From assembly GCA_963668175.1 (NCBI GenBank), contig OY764159.1, positions 3,136,001 through 3,200,000 on the forward strand: a stretch of DNA of 64,000 bases. Reading direction: 5' to 3'. Shown here one piece after another: positions 1-9,401 of this stretch. The position numbers were made by a program, and so were the translations under genes. Position 1 is the stretch's first letter. Every line of letters starts with the position of its first letter. Below the pieces are notes generated by a model. That model had not been told where the DNA came from. It was given only the letters and a program-made list of their open reading frames with translations, and searched no databases. The DNA comes from Syntrophales bacterium (GTDB taxonomy: Bacteria; Desulfobacterota; Syntrophia; Syntrophales; PHBD01).

Positions 1-1293
1 ATCAACCTGATCTGGGTCGGCCGGCTCCTGGGACACACGGCCGTGGCGGCCGTTTCCGCCTCCCTGCCGATCATCACGCTGATGCCCGCTTTTCTCATCG
101 GCCTCGGCATGGCGACGAACGTCCTCATCGCCCAGGCCTTCGGCCGCAAGGACACGGCCCTCCTCCGAAAAATCCTCGCGAATTCCTTCTTCACATCCAT
201 GGCGTTCTGCCTGGTAATCTCCGCCGTCGCCCTCGTGCTGCGCCGCCGGCTGCTCGTCTGGGTCCATGCACCCCTGGAGATCATGGACATGGCCGAATCC
301 TACCTGACCATCATCATGGCGACGATGCTCTTCCAGTTCTTCGTCAACTGGATGACCGGCATGCTCCGTGGCCTCGGGGACGCCAAAACGGTGGTGAAGA
401 TCCTTCTTCTACTCACGATCCTCAACATATCGCTGGTTCCGCTGTGCATCCGCGGCTTCGGCCCCGTTCCCCCCCTGGGCGTCGCCGGCGCGGCCTGGGG
501 GTCGGCCCTGGCGGCCATGGGGACCTGCTTTATCGGCTACGCTTACCTTATGCGGCGCAATCCTTATGTCGATATGCACACCTGGGATTACAGCCTCGAC
601 TGGCGCATCATCCGCGAGGTGTTCGTCATCGGCATACCCGCTTCAATGCAGATGATGCTGGTCTCCCTGGCGGGGGTGGTCATCCTCTCCCTGGTGAACC
701 GGTACGGCACGGACGTAACCGCCGCCTTCGGCATCGGCCTCCAGATCGACATGCTCGCGACCATTCCCTTCATGTCTATCGGCATGGCGGCGACCTCCAT
801 CGCCGGCCAGAACCTGGGCGCGCAGAAGATCGACCGCGTTTTTCAGACCCTGCGCACATCGGTCTCCATCGGGTTGATCATCGCCCTGACGATTACCGTC
901 GTGCTGAAGCTATTCCCCGAGTACATCGGCGCCATCTTCCTCGAAGCCTCGGCCGAACACACCAACGTGCTGCACCTCGTCGCCGGGTACTACTATTGGA
1001 TGGCCTTCGTCTTCCCTCCGTTCGCGATCATTTTCGCCATCCAGGGCGTGCTGCGCAGTTCGGGCGACACCGTGGCCCTGCTGGGCCTTTCGTTCATCGC
1101 CCTCTTCATCCTCCGCATCCCGCTGGCCTATGCGCTGGCCGGCCCGGGCGGCTTCCGGCAGGACGGCATCTGGATGGCGATGCCCCTGAGCAGCGGCATC
1201 GCCGTCGTCTTTAATTGGCTTTACTATCGCTACGGTCCCTGGAAGCAGAAGCGCATCCTGGCGGATCCCAGACCGGTGGCGCCGGAAAACTGA
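1..1293 (+). CDS. MATE family efflux transporter (5' end outside the window)
   Basis: Frame open from base 1 (INLIWVGRLLGHTAVAAV...). Many TM segments and MATE motifs (LRGLGDAKT, GQNLGA, LRSSGDT). Confidence 0.9.
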   Translation: MNLIWVGRLLGHTAVAAVSASLPIITLMPAFLIGLGMATNVLIAQAFGRKDTALLRKILANSFFTSMAFCLVISAVALVLRRRLLVWVHAPLEIMDMAESYLTIIMATMLFQFFVNWMTGMLRGLGDAKTVVKILLLLTILNISLVPLCIRGFGPVPPLGVAGAAWGSALAAMGTCFIGYAYLMRRNPYVDMHTWDYSLDWRIIREVFVIGIPASMQMMLVSLAGVVILSLVNRYGTDVTAAFGIGLQIDMLATIPFMSIGMAATSIAGQNLGAQKIDRVFQTLRTSVSIGLIIALTITVVLKLFPEYIGAIFLEASAEHTNVLHLVAGYYYWMAFVFPPFAIIFAIQGVLRSSGDTVALLGLSFIALFILRIPLAYALAGPGGFRQDGIWMAMPLSSGIAVVFNWLYYRYGPWKQKRILADPRPVAPEN

Positions 1294-1395
1294 AAAGCCG
1301 CACCTTCATGCGGCCGGCGGACAGACTTCTGCGACCAGACACGCCTTCTCTTCGCCGATTCCGGTGCGTCTCCGTGTCAAAGCAAATTATTAAAA

Positions 1396-1872
1396 CTATC
1401 GGTAGGTTTTTTTAAGGGCGATCCGGATGGCCCAGCCGTTGTCCAGCCTGTACGTCTTGAGGACCGGCCCGGCGGCCGGGTTGTAGGCGGTAAGCGATGT
1501 CCCGCCCGTCGCGGTGTCGAGCTCGACGAGGAAATCGGCGGAGGGGCCGCCGCTGTAACGGACGGTCTCGCGGATCACCGGCGGCAGGCCAGCACGCGGT
1601 TCCCAGTTGACCTGGATGAACCCTTCCTCGCGGTCGCCCGTGAGCCCGTCGAAGACGGGGCGGTGGATGCGGGCCGTGTATGCGCCGTGATCGACGGTTT
1701 CCCTCACCTCGCCCCCGGTGTAGCGCGCGGAAACGCTGATCCCCGTCGCGGAGACGAGTTTGGCCGCGAAGTAGCGCTGCCCCATGAACGTCCCCACGGC
1801 CACGATGAGCGCCAGCACGGCGGCGGTATACCCGAGGACGGCCTTGATTCTGTTCGCGCCTTTCGTCGTCAT
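1396..1872 (-). CDS. hypothetical membrane-anchored protein
   Basis: N-terminal TM helix. ATG at 1872 overlaps the upstream TGA (ATGA), indicating translational coupling. Confidence 0.7.
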   Translation of the reverse strand: MTTKGANRIKAVLGYTAAVLALIVAVGTFMGQRYFAAKLVSATGISVSARYTGGEVRETVDHGAYTARIHRPVFDGLTGDREEGFIQVNWEPRAGLPPVIRETVRYSGGPSADFLVELDTATGGTSLTAYNPAAGPVLKTYRLDNGWAIRIALKKTYR

Positions 1873-3044
1873 GCCGTAAACCACCCTCCCGTCGTCACAA
1901 GCCGCATGATCCTGACCAGCGTATCCTGAATGCTTCCCCCCGCCATGGTCGCGAGGAAGAGAAACGCCGGATAGATGAAGAGCAGGCGCGAGGCCATATT
2001 ACCCCTGGGCGGCGTGCCTTTCACATGATAGGCGATGGCCTGCTTCGGACATTCGTCGATGCACTTGCCGCACTTGACGCAGGTCATGCGCGTCTTTCCT
2101 TCCTTGATGGTCTCCTTGTCGATGGAGAAGGTCGGGCAGACTTTTTCGCACCGCCCGCACTTCACGCAGGCCTCCCTGTCGATACGCACGTCAAAGGGGG
2201 TGACCTTGTTCGTGAAGGACTGGAAAGCGCCGAAGGGGCAGAAGAGGCCGCACTGGATGCGCCGCCGCGTCAGTATGGGCAGTACGATCACGAGGCCGAC
2301 GAAGAGCGAGACGAAGATGACCGTCTGGATCAGGATCATGACAGATGTAATCTGGGCGAATTCCGTCACCGTCTTGAAGGGGCAGAGCCATTGGCAGTAC
2401 ACCGGGGCGAGATAGGCGGCCGAGGCCAGCATGACCGCGAAGAGAAGCGCGAAAGGGAAGTAGCGCCACTTCGGATTGATCGTCTTGATCGCGGGTTTTT
2501 TGAGGACGCGCGAGAAGGCCTCGTCCCAGCCGCCGAAGAAGCAGACCCAGCCGCAGAATCCCCGGCCGATGGCGAAGGACGATCCGATCCACAGCACCAG
2601 CATCGAGGCGATGGCGGCGTACGCGCCCAGCATCGTTCCCGGAAAGATGACGGTGCGGCTGAAGGCCAGGGGGATGGCGGTCATGGGGATGACGATATGG
2701 CAGAACGGCGTCTTGCATTCGAGGATGTTCGCCTCCGACAGGCCCATGCTGCCGCGCACTTCGATATAGTGGGATACGAACGACGCGGAGAGGCAGACGG
2801 CGAAGATCGAGAAAAGGACCGCCCGGTAGCGGTCGGTCTTCCCCGTGCGCATCATGAGGAAGAAGAGGCCGTTGAAAAAAACAAAGGTGATAATCAGGGC
2901 CGCCAGCCTCTTCGGGTCGGCGGGGATTTTCCCGCCCGAGAGCATCGTGAAGGTCAGGAGCATCATCGGCGCCGTTGCGGCCAGGGCCCAGGCGAGGCCC
3001 GTCTGTCCCGCGCGGGGAGCGGTTATCGCGGCTGTTTCGGTCAT
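1869..3044 (-). CDS. 4Fe-4S-binding membrane protein (NapH/MauN-like polyferredoxin)
   Basis: TM helices, FCGWVCFFG / CQWLCP / CGLFCPFG motifs and two CxxCxxCxxxCP ferredoxin motifs. Start at MTETAA (ATGA overlap at 3041-3044). Confidence 0.85.
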   Translation of the reverse strand: MTETAAITAPRAGQTGLAWALAATAPMMLLTFTMLSGGKIPADPKRLAALIITFVFFNGLFFLMMRTGKTDRYRAVLFSIFAVCLSASFVSHYIEVRGSMGLSEANILECKTPFCHIVIPMTAIPLAFSRTVIFPGTMLGAYAAIASMLVLWIGSSFAIGRGFCGWVCFFGGWDEAFSRVLKKPAIKTINPKWRYFPFALLFAVMLASAAYLAPVYCQWLCPFKTVTEFAQITSVMILIQTVIFVSLFVGLVIVLPILTRRRIQCGLFCPFGAFQSFTNKVTPFDVRIDREACVKCGRCEKVCPTFSIDKETIKEGKTRMTCVKCGKCIDECPKQAIAYHVKGTPPRGNMASRLLFIYPAFLFLATMAGGSIQDTLVRIMRLVTTGGWFTA

Positions 3045-3679
3045 GCGCGGACTATAACACCAATCGCGAGCATCAGGCCAGTGTAAAAATAGTAGACGCC
3101 CATGATGCCCGCCGCCATCTTCCCGACGGTCGCCAGGACCTTGGCGCGCCGCGCAGCCCCGACGAGGGGAAAAGGGACGAAGAAGACGGACGTCCCGAGG
3201 AAGAAGAGAAAGAAGAATGTCAGGGTTTTGAGAAGGTTCGCCTCGGCGGCGGCGTTGCCGAAGGCAAGAAGAAAGGGCGGGCAGAAGTTGAGGCCGGTGA
3301 AGAGGCCGAGGGCCGCGGGCATCAGGGCGGGCCACCGCTCGCCGAATTTTCCCAGGCGGCTTTCCGCCTTTTCAGCGGCGCATCCCCCGCCGACGCGGAA
3401 GAAGCAGTAGAGGACGAGGAGCGCGGCCAGGACCATGTCCGCGCCGCCGATGACGGCCTCCCGCCAGAGGAGGGATTCGGGAAGCACGATCCGGCCGACG
3501 GACCAGGCCAGGACGCCGAAGAGGAGATACCCCAGGAGCCGCCCGGCAAGGAACCGGGTGACGAGGGAGGCGTTGCTCCGTATCCCCGCGCCCTCGCCCA
3601 GAAGATACGGGAGGAGCACCGGGGCGCAGTAGGCGATGCAGACGGCGCCGTTGCTGATGCCGAGGAGAAAGGCCTGCAC
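3041..3679 (-). CDS. DsbD_2 / TauE-SafE-like membrane protein (Cys-containing TM protein)
   Basis: Hydrophobic protein with N-terminal CIAYCAP and internal GLNFCPP motifs; GTG start. Confidence 0.7.
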   Translation of the reverse strand: MQAFLLGISNGAVCIAYCAPVLLPYLLGEGAGIRSNASLVTRFLAGRLLGYLLFGVLAWSVGRIVLPESLLWREAVIGGADMVLAALLVLYCFFRVGGGCAAEKAESRLGKFGERWPALMPAALGLFTGLNFCPPFLLAFGNAAAEANLLKTLTFFFLFFLGTSVFFVPFPLVGAARRAKVLATVGKMAAGIMGVYYFYTGLMLAIGVIVRA

Positions 3680-3947
3680 GGTCTTCTTTCCTTTCGTTCA
3701 GGGAGATGCGCCGCAATCATAGCCCCGTTCGCCGGAAAAGTCATGTTGAAAGAGATTGCCGCGCCCTGCAGCCGTTACAGGCTCAAATTCGACTGATATA
3801 GAAATTCCCCGAAATTCGGATTGGACGGCCGGACGGAATCCTGTATAATATGAAGATGATCGGGCCGGAGATCGGAACGCCGCCGCACGCGCGGGCGTTC
3901 CGTCCCGGATCGAAGCCTTCGCCAATCTCTCTATCGGGGGAAACGAT

Positions 3948-4736
3948 ATGCGCCTTAACGTTACGATAGCGGCGGTTCTCTTGCTGCTCGCCGGCTGCGC
4001 GCCGGCCCCCTACGTCTTTCCGGATCGGGCCCTCGTCGACAGGGACGTCGTCGCGGATGCCGTCGCCACCCAGAAGCAGATAGACGCCCAGGGCGAAAAG
4101 GACCCGCCGCAGGGCGCGTCCTGGTTTGCGGTGATCGAGGGGCCCTCCCCCGTTATCGTCACGGCCCCCCATGCGGCGATGACGTTCCGCGAGAGGACGG
4201 CCCGTTTCTCCGACGGCGGCGGCACGGCGGCGCTGGCGAAGGCCCTGAACAGGGTCGCCGGGGCGACCGTCCTTTACACCACCTATGCCGGCCCGTCCGA
4301 CCCGGACTATTACGACGACAACGAATTCAAGCGCACCCTGGACAAGCTCATCGACGAACGCAAGCCAGTGCTGGTGCTCGATATCCACGGGAGCCACGCC
4401 TACTGCCCCTACGACGTGGACATGGGCACGATGTTCGGCAAGTCCCTCATGGGGAACGAAGCCGCCGCCGCGCGGCTGGCGGAAACGCTGAAGAAAGAGG
4501 GCATCCTGAACATCTCTTATAACTTCTCAAGCGCGGGCGACCGCGACACGATCGCCAAATTCGCCTCGCAGCGGAACGTCCCCGCCATCCAGTTAGAAAT
4601 CAACCGCACGTGGCTGACGCCCGCGCAGAGCGACCTTGCCGCCCACCGCTTCGCCCAGCTTCTCCAGGCTCTGGCGCGCTACATCGAGGCCGAAAAGTCC
4701 GAAGCCCCCGCCATGCTGCTTGAAGAAGCACGCTGA
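3948..4736 (+). CDS. lipoprotein, N-formylglutamate amidohydrolase-like Zn hydrolase
   Basis: Lipobox LLAGC; motifs TAPHA, LDIHG, AIQLEIN. Confidence 0.65.
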   Translation: MRLNVTIAAVLLLLAGCAPAPYVFPDRALVDRDVVADAVATQKQIDAQGEKDPPQGASWFAVIEGPSPVIVTAPHAAMTFRERTARFSDGGGTAALAKALNRVAGATVLYTTYAGPSDPDYYDDNEFKRTLDKLIDERKPVLVLDIHGSHAYCPYDVDMGTMFGKSLMGNEAAAARLAETLKKEGILNISYNFSSAGDRDTIAKFASQRNVPAIQLEINRTWLTPAQSDLAAHRFAQLLQALARYIEAEKSEAPAMLLEEAR

Positions 4737-4976
4737 TACTTACGGCCCTGCCCTGTTCTGCTTCGCCCCGCCCTGCTTCACCGCCCGGCCGGATGCAGCG
4801 GACAGATCGCACCCCCGCCCCCACCACGCAGCAACGCCACGATCTCCCCCGTGCTCAGGCTATATTCTTAATATATTGTGGATATAAAATCCGAATCGTG
4901 CTAGGAAGCTGCTATACGAAAAATACGTAAACCCGTTCCATCCCGCAACCCCAAGCCGGAGGGAAATATGGACCAA

Positions 4977-5015
4977 CTGAAAACCCCGATTCTGTGAAGA
5001 AGGCGGGGTTTTCAG
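4977..5015. terminator. inverted repeat, probable terminator at the left edge of the AT-rich insert
   Basis: ctgaaaaccccg-N15-cggggttttcag, a perfect 12-bp stem. Confidence 0.55.
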
Positions 5016-5147
5016 CGTTTATCAAATTAATAAGATTTAACAAATCGAATATATATCCACCAATTTACCTATAAATGCTGTGGAATATTAATGTAGTAAC
5101 TTACTTAAATCTTTGTTATTAGAAATGATTTAGCGGAATATTTTTCA

Positions 5148-8100
5148 ATGAAAAAGATACCCTCCAAAATGCCCAAAAGACCGCAAGCACATAGAATTGG
5201 TGACCGTGCAGTTAAAGAATTTAAACAAAAAAGTTCTGACTTCTGGGCTATTACAGAATCTGAAAACGATTACGGATGGGACTTAATCATTACAATTAGT
5301 GAATCTGAAGAAGTTAAAGACGATTTCTTCGTTCAAGTCAAAGGCTCTAATTCACCAGACTATATTAATAATCAGAAGTATATCAGCGTGAATCTCAACG
5401 GGAGTACGGTAAACTGGCTGTTGTCTAAGCCTATGCCAACAATGCTATGCATATGTGACACTTCTAAAAAGGGTAAACCAGTCTTTTATACTTGGATTCA
5501 AGAAGATATAAAGAGGATTGCCAAAAATAACCCAAAATGGGAAGAACAGGAGAATTTGGTATTTCATATACTTGTCTCCGAAGAATTATGCGAAGAAAAC
5601 TATAGTCAAATTGAAACTTATGTAAAAGAGTTTTATGAAAACTTAAAAATATCAGCTGCAATTGGAGATATATTACGACCGAGTTTCGGTTACAAAGGCA
5701 ACACTGCCCTTTCAGCCTACACGCAAGAAACAGAACAACATCTTCTTGAAAATATTCCTACTTCTATGAAGGAAACCGGTATCTTTGATGTTTCCGCAAA
5801 CAAGGTACATGGAAGTCGGTTACATGTCCTGTCAGCTCTTGATCAAAAGCTCTTCAAGGAAATCAAAAAATCATCAGAAGCTTTAAAGGAAATGAGATCG
5901 GATAAGGCTAGAGAAATCATCTCGGAGATTGAGGAAGAAATTAAATTAGCCTCACATGTTATCCAAGCACGATTTCATAACAACCTAGGAGTATTGTATT
6001 TACAATCTAGGTCTGAAGAAATGGCTTTGAGAGCATTTCGAAAGGCCAACAAGTTATGTCCCAATGATTTAAAATATCAAACAAATATTTTGATGACAGA
6101 ATACATTCTTCTGACAAAAAGTTCAGATAAAACAAAAGAAGTTTTAATTGGAAGTAATTGGCATAAAAAACTAAATAAAATATTTTCCAAAGATCGTGAA
6201 TTCGCAGGCATTGTTCGTCTGAAGGCAATATCAATTGGCAAAGAAATAAATGCTCAAGCAGCTGAAGACTATATCAGGGCCCAGAAAGTATGGAAAGAAG
6301 AACCAATCGCCGCGCGGTGTGAATTGGCAGATCTTTACAAGGACGAAGGTGATTGGGATAATGCGATAAGGGTACTCAAAGAAGTTGAACAACAAGCGAT
6401 GGGACTTGATGGCTTATACTGGAACTTATACGGAATCTGTATGCTACAAAAAGCATTAGGAGGCATCGGATGGCACGCGTTGAAAGGTATTCACGGGACA
6501 GGACCGAGTCAATTAAATATCAATGACTTAAAGAAATCCGAACAATGCTTGATTAAATCATGCAAGGAATTTGAACAAGTCGGTTTTCCACCACTATCAA
6601 GTATACCAATTATCAATCTCGTAGCCGTTCAGCGTATATTGGGCCACGCACATGACGCTGAGCAATATTGCAGGTCCTTTTTGAGGAAATACCCGAATCA
6701 CGCGGGCGTGGCTGGCGCTATAGCCACATGCGCGATAATGAAAGATGATTTTTCTACAGCTACAACATATTCAAAAATAGCTTATGAGGCGCAGCAAGAT
6801 GATTCATTAGCTTACCGAAACTACATGCTCTGTCTATTCTTATCAGATGACGCAGATGCGCTCATAGAATTGATACTCAAACGGCAAAAGATAGGCTTTT
6901 CAGATTCTAAGGAAAAATCAATATCATTATCTCTTTATGCAACTGCACTCAATGAAATCGGCCGCATTGATGATGCAAAAAAACAAATTAACATCATGAA
7001 GACAAACCCAGAAATGCTCGATGATGCATTCGTGGCTGAAGCGGCTATAGCGCGTAGCAATGGGATGTCAAGAAAAGAAATCAAGCAAATATTTATAGAA
7101 GCTTTAAATTCTAATCCGAAAAGCTCAATTCTTTTAACACATTATTTCGATTGCCTTGCCCCGTCGGAACCCGATGACTCCGGAGAACTCATTAATATTA
7201 TTTCACTCTTAGCAAATAATCGACAACTGTCGCCGTTAGAAGCTTATACTCTCGGCATTTGTTATATGACACTCAATAACGCAGAAAAAGCACTTGAAAT
7301 CTTCGGAAAAGGCAGCGAGAGGTTTCCGGAAGAGAGTAGATTCTTATATGGACAGGCAAGGGCTTTATCACTGCTCGGTAATGATGAGGAAGCTTATTCT
7401 GTTTTGAAGAAATATTTCGATTTAGGGAAAAAGGATTATGCTGTTATAAAAAATTTAGCCATAATGGCGATGGAGACGGGAAGACTTAATGAAGCAATCA
7501 ATTTATTTCAAAAAGCAATTTTAAAATCTCAGAATGCCGATGAACGCGGCGATCTTCATAATCAGTTGTGGGAACTTAAAAGAAGGCGAGGTGATCCGTC
7601 GAAAGAAGTAATACGTCATATTATTGAATATGGCAAAACAACCGGTAATAACCCTGAAAAAGAAGCTCGCTTTCTTATAATGGCTCTTCTATCACCATAT
7701 GGTGAAACGGATGAAGAAGAAAAAGATTGGAATAATGAAATTAGAAGGAGAATTAAGAATTTTTCACAAAATCATCCACGGTTTCCTGTGTTCACTACTT
7801 TTGATATTCCATCAAATCTTTCAAGTGAAGAGTTGGGAAATTACATAATGGCTCAAATCGCCGCAGTGATGCTTCCCAGACAACTTGCTACTGCGCCTTT
7901 GGAGATTGCAACTCGTTCAGTTCCATTTCCTCTGGTTTTCAGAGCTCATTTATTACCTTCTTATGGATCAACATTTAGTTATTGGTCTCATTGCATTTCA
8001 TCAAAAGAATTTTCATCGGCAATACATATCTTTGGTGATTTTAACTCATTAGCGCGAGAAATAGATTATTCATCGAAAACATCCACTATATGTATTGATT

Positions 8101-9254
8101 TGACGGCGCTTCTAACTCTTGCAGAACTAAATCTTCTGAGTCTATTAAAAAATAGATTTTCATTAGTAGTGATCACACGTGGCACGAAAAGATCTATCGA
8201 ACATCAATTATTTCGAGCAGAACCTCCACATCCACTGGCTGTTAAAATCGAAAGATGGAGGCAAGAAAATCGGTCGATCATTCGGATAAGAAATATTCCA
8301 GAAAGCGAAGGACTCGATAAAAATGATCCTGAAACTTACAGAGATTATGTAAGGGATCGAAGTGGCATTTTCCTGAGAAAAGAACCCCCCGTTAATATTT
8401 TAATTGGAGATGGTGTAGGCGAGAGCCTCCTGCTTGCGAATCAGTTAAACATACCTCTTTATTCAGACGAATCCTATATCAGGAATTTGGGCTATGATAA
8501 TTATAGAGTCAAATGTCTATCGACTATCTCGCTCATAAGAAAATTGAGAAATGAAAAGATAATCTCAATACATGATGAAACGATAATCTTCTGTGAAATG
8601 ATAAGGAAAAATTTCAGAGTTGTTCCTTTTGATAAGGATCATTTAAATTCCTCTCTTGAATTTTTATTAACGAAAATGACGAAGGAAAAGAAATTATTAC
8701 CTGGAAAACAAGCGCTATTGGACGATGAGAACCTTGGACTTCTATTGAAACAATTCGGTGATCCATTTTTTAATGAAGCATGGCTAGTGAAGATAGCAGT
8801 ATCCTGGTGGTTATCTATGATAGAAGAAAATACTATCAATGATAATATTCTGACATACTGTATCGAGTATCCAAGTTATGCTTTGTCGATGAGGCATACA
8901 GGATATGCTATTATGAAAGGTTTCAAGAAGAATGAGCAAGAAAATAGACTCGCCCATATTTTTGCGTATTTCTTAGTCCAGACATGCGAACTCGTACAGC
9001 CTCCTATTCGCAAGGTATGGTCATATATAAAAACTTGTTGCGAACAAATATTTTCTTCCAATCAAAAAAAATACACGACAACGCTTTTCGAAATATTGCC
9101 ACGATGGATTTCTTCTGAATTAAACAATAACAGAACTATTAATAACGATGTTAAGTTGTTTAGATTCTTTTTAATTTCAAGTTCCTTTCCTGAAGGAGAT
9201 AGATCACAATTCGATGAAATAGTTAAGAAATATCCCCCCGCATTTATGTCATAA
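5148..9254 (+). CDS. DUF4365-like PD-(D/E)xK nuclease + TPR repeats + C-terminal PIN domain protein (candidate anti-phage defence)
   Basis: N-terminus has HRIG...NDYGWD...FFVQVKG. Middle has TPR-like helices (ARFHNNLGVLY, LFQKAI). C-terminus has PIN-like CIDLTALLTL...GESLLLANQLNIPLYSDE. Much more AT-rich than the flanks. Confidence 0.75.
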   Translation: MKKIPSKMPKRPQAHRIGDRAVKEFKQKSSDFWAITESENDYGWDLIITISESEEVKDDFFVQVKGSNSPDYINNQKYISVNLNGSTVNWLLSKPMPTMLCICDTSKKGKPVFYTWIQEDIKRIAKNNPKWEEQENLVFHILVSEELCEENYSQIETYVKEFYENLKISAAIGDILRPSFGYKGNTALSAYTQETEQHLLENIPTSMKETGIFDVSANKVHGSRLHVLSALDQKLFKEIKKSSEALKEMRSDKAREIISEIEEEIKLASHVIQARFHNNLGVLYLQSRSEEMALRAFRKANKLCPNDLKYQTNILMTEYILLTKSSDKTKEVLIGSNWHKKLNKIFSKDREFAGIVRLKAISIGKEINAQAAEDYIRAQKVWKEEPIAARCELADLYKDEGDWDNAIRVLKEVEQQAMGLDGLYWNLYGICMLQKALGGIGWHALKGIHGTGPSQLNINDLKKSEQCLIKSCKEFEQVGFPPLSSIPIINLVAVQRILGHAHDAEQYCRSFLRKYPNHAGVAGAIATCAIMKDDFSTATTYSKIAYEAQQDDSLAYRNYMLCLFLSDDADALIELILKRQKIGFSDSKEKSISLSLYATALNEIGRIDDAKKQINIMKTNPEMLDDAFVAEAAIARSNGMSRKEIKQIFIEALNSNPKSSILLTHYFDCLAPSEPDDSGELINIISLLANNRQLSPLEAYTLGICYMTLNNAEKALEIFGKGSERFPEESRFLYGQARALSLLGNDEEAYSVLKKYFDLGKKDYAVIKNLAIMAMETGRLNEAINLFQKAILKSQNADERGDLHNQLWELKRRRGDPSKEVIRHIIEYGKTTGNNPEKEARFLIMALLSPYGETDEEEKDWNNEIRRRIKNFSQNHPRFPVFTTFDIPSNLSSEELGNYIMAQIAAVMLPRQLATAPLEIATRSVPFPLVFRAHLLPSYGSTFSYWSHCISSKEFSSAIHIFGDFNSLAREIDYSSKTSTICIDLTALLTLAELNLLSLLKNRFSLVVITRGTKRSIEHQLFRAEPPHPLAVKIERWRQENRSIIRIRNIPESEGLDKNDPETYRDYVRDRSGIFLRKEPPVNILIGDGVGESLLLANQLNIPLYSDESYIRNLGYDNYRVKCLSTISLIRKLRNEKIISIHDETIIFCEMIRKNFRVVPFDKDHLNSSLEFLLTKMTKEKKLLPGKQALLDDENLGLLLKQFGDPFFNEAWLVKIAVSWWLSMIEENTINDNILTYCIEYPSYALSMRHTGYAIMKGFKKNEQENRLAHIFAYFLVQTCELVQPPIRKVWSYIKTCCEQIFSSNQKKYTTTLFEILPRWISSELNNNRTINNDVKLFRFFLISSSFPEGDRSQFDEIVKKYPPAFMS

Positions 9255-9401
9255 TAATAGGCATTATTTATGTTCTATCTTCTCTTTCCGGATTAATATG
9301 TCATTCGTATAAATAGCACCCAGAAACAATCAACCTTCTTGCCTAGAACGCTATCGTAAATAATTTTTCCGGCATGATTTACCTTGTGGCTTTTCCTACC
9401 G

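Noticed and set aside
4877..5087. DnaA-box-like 9-mers (tgtggatat, atatccacc, tgtggaata) suggesting an origin or element end
   Set aside because: Each has 1-2 mismatches in AT-rich DNA, there are no replication genes nearby, and no matching repeat was found at the other end of the insert.
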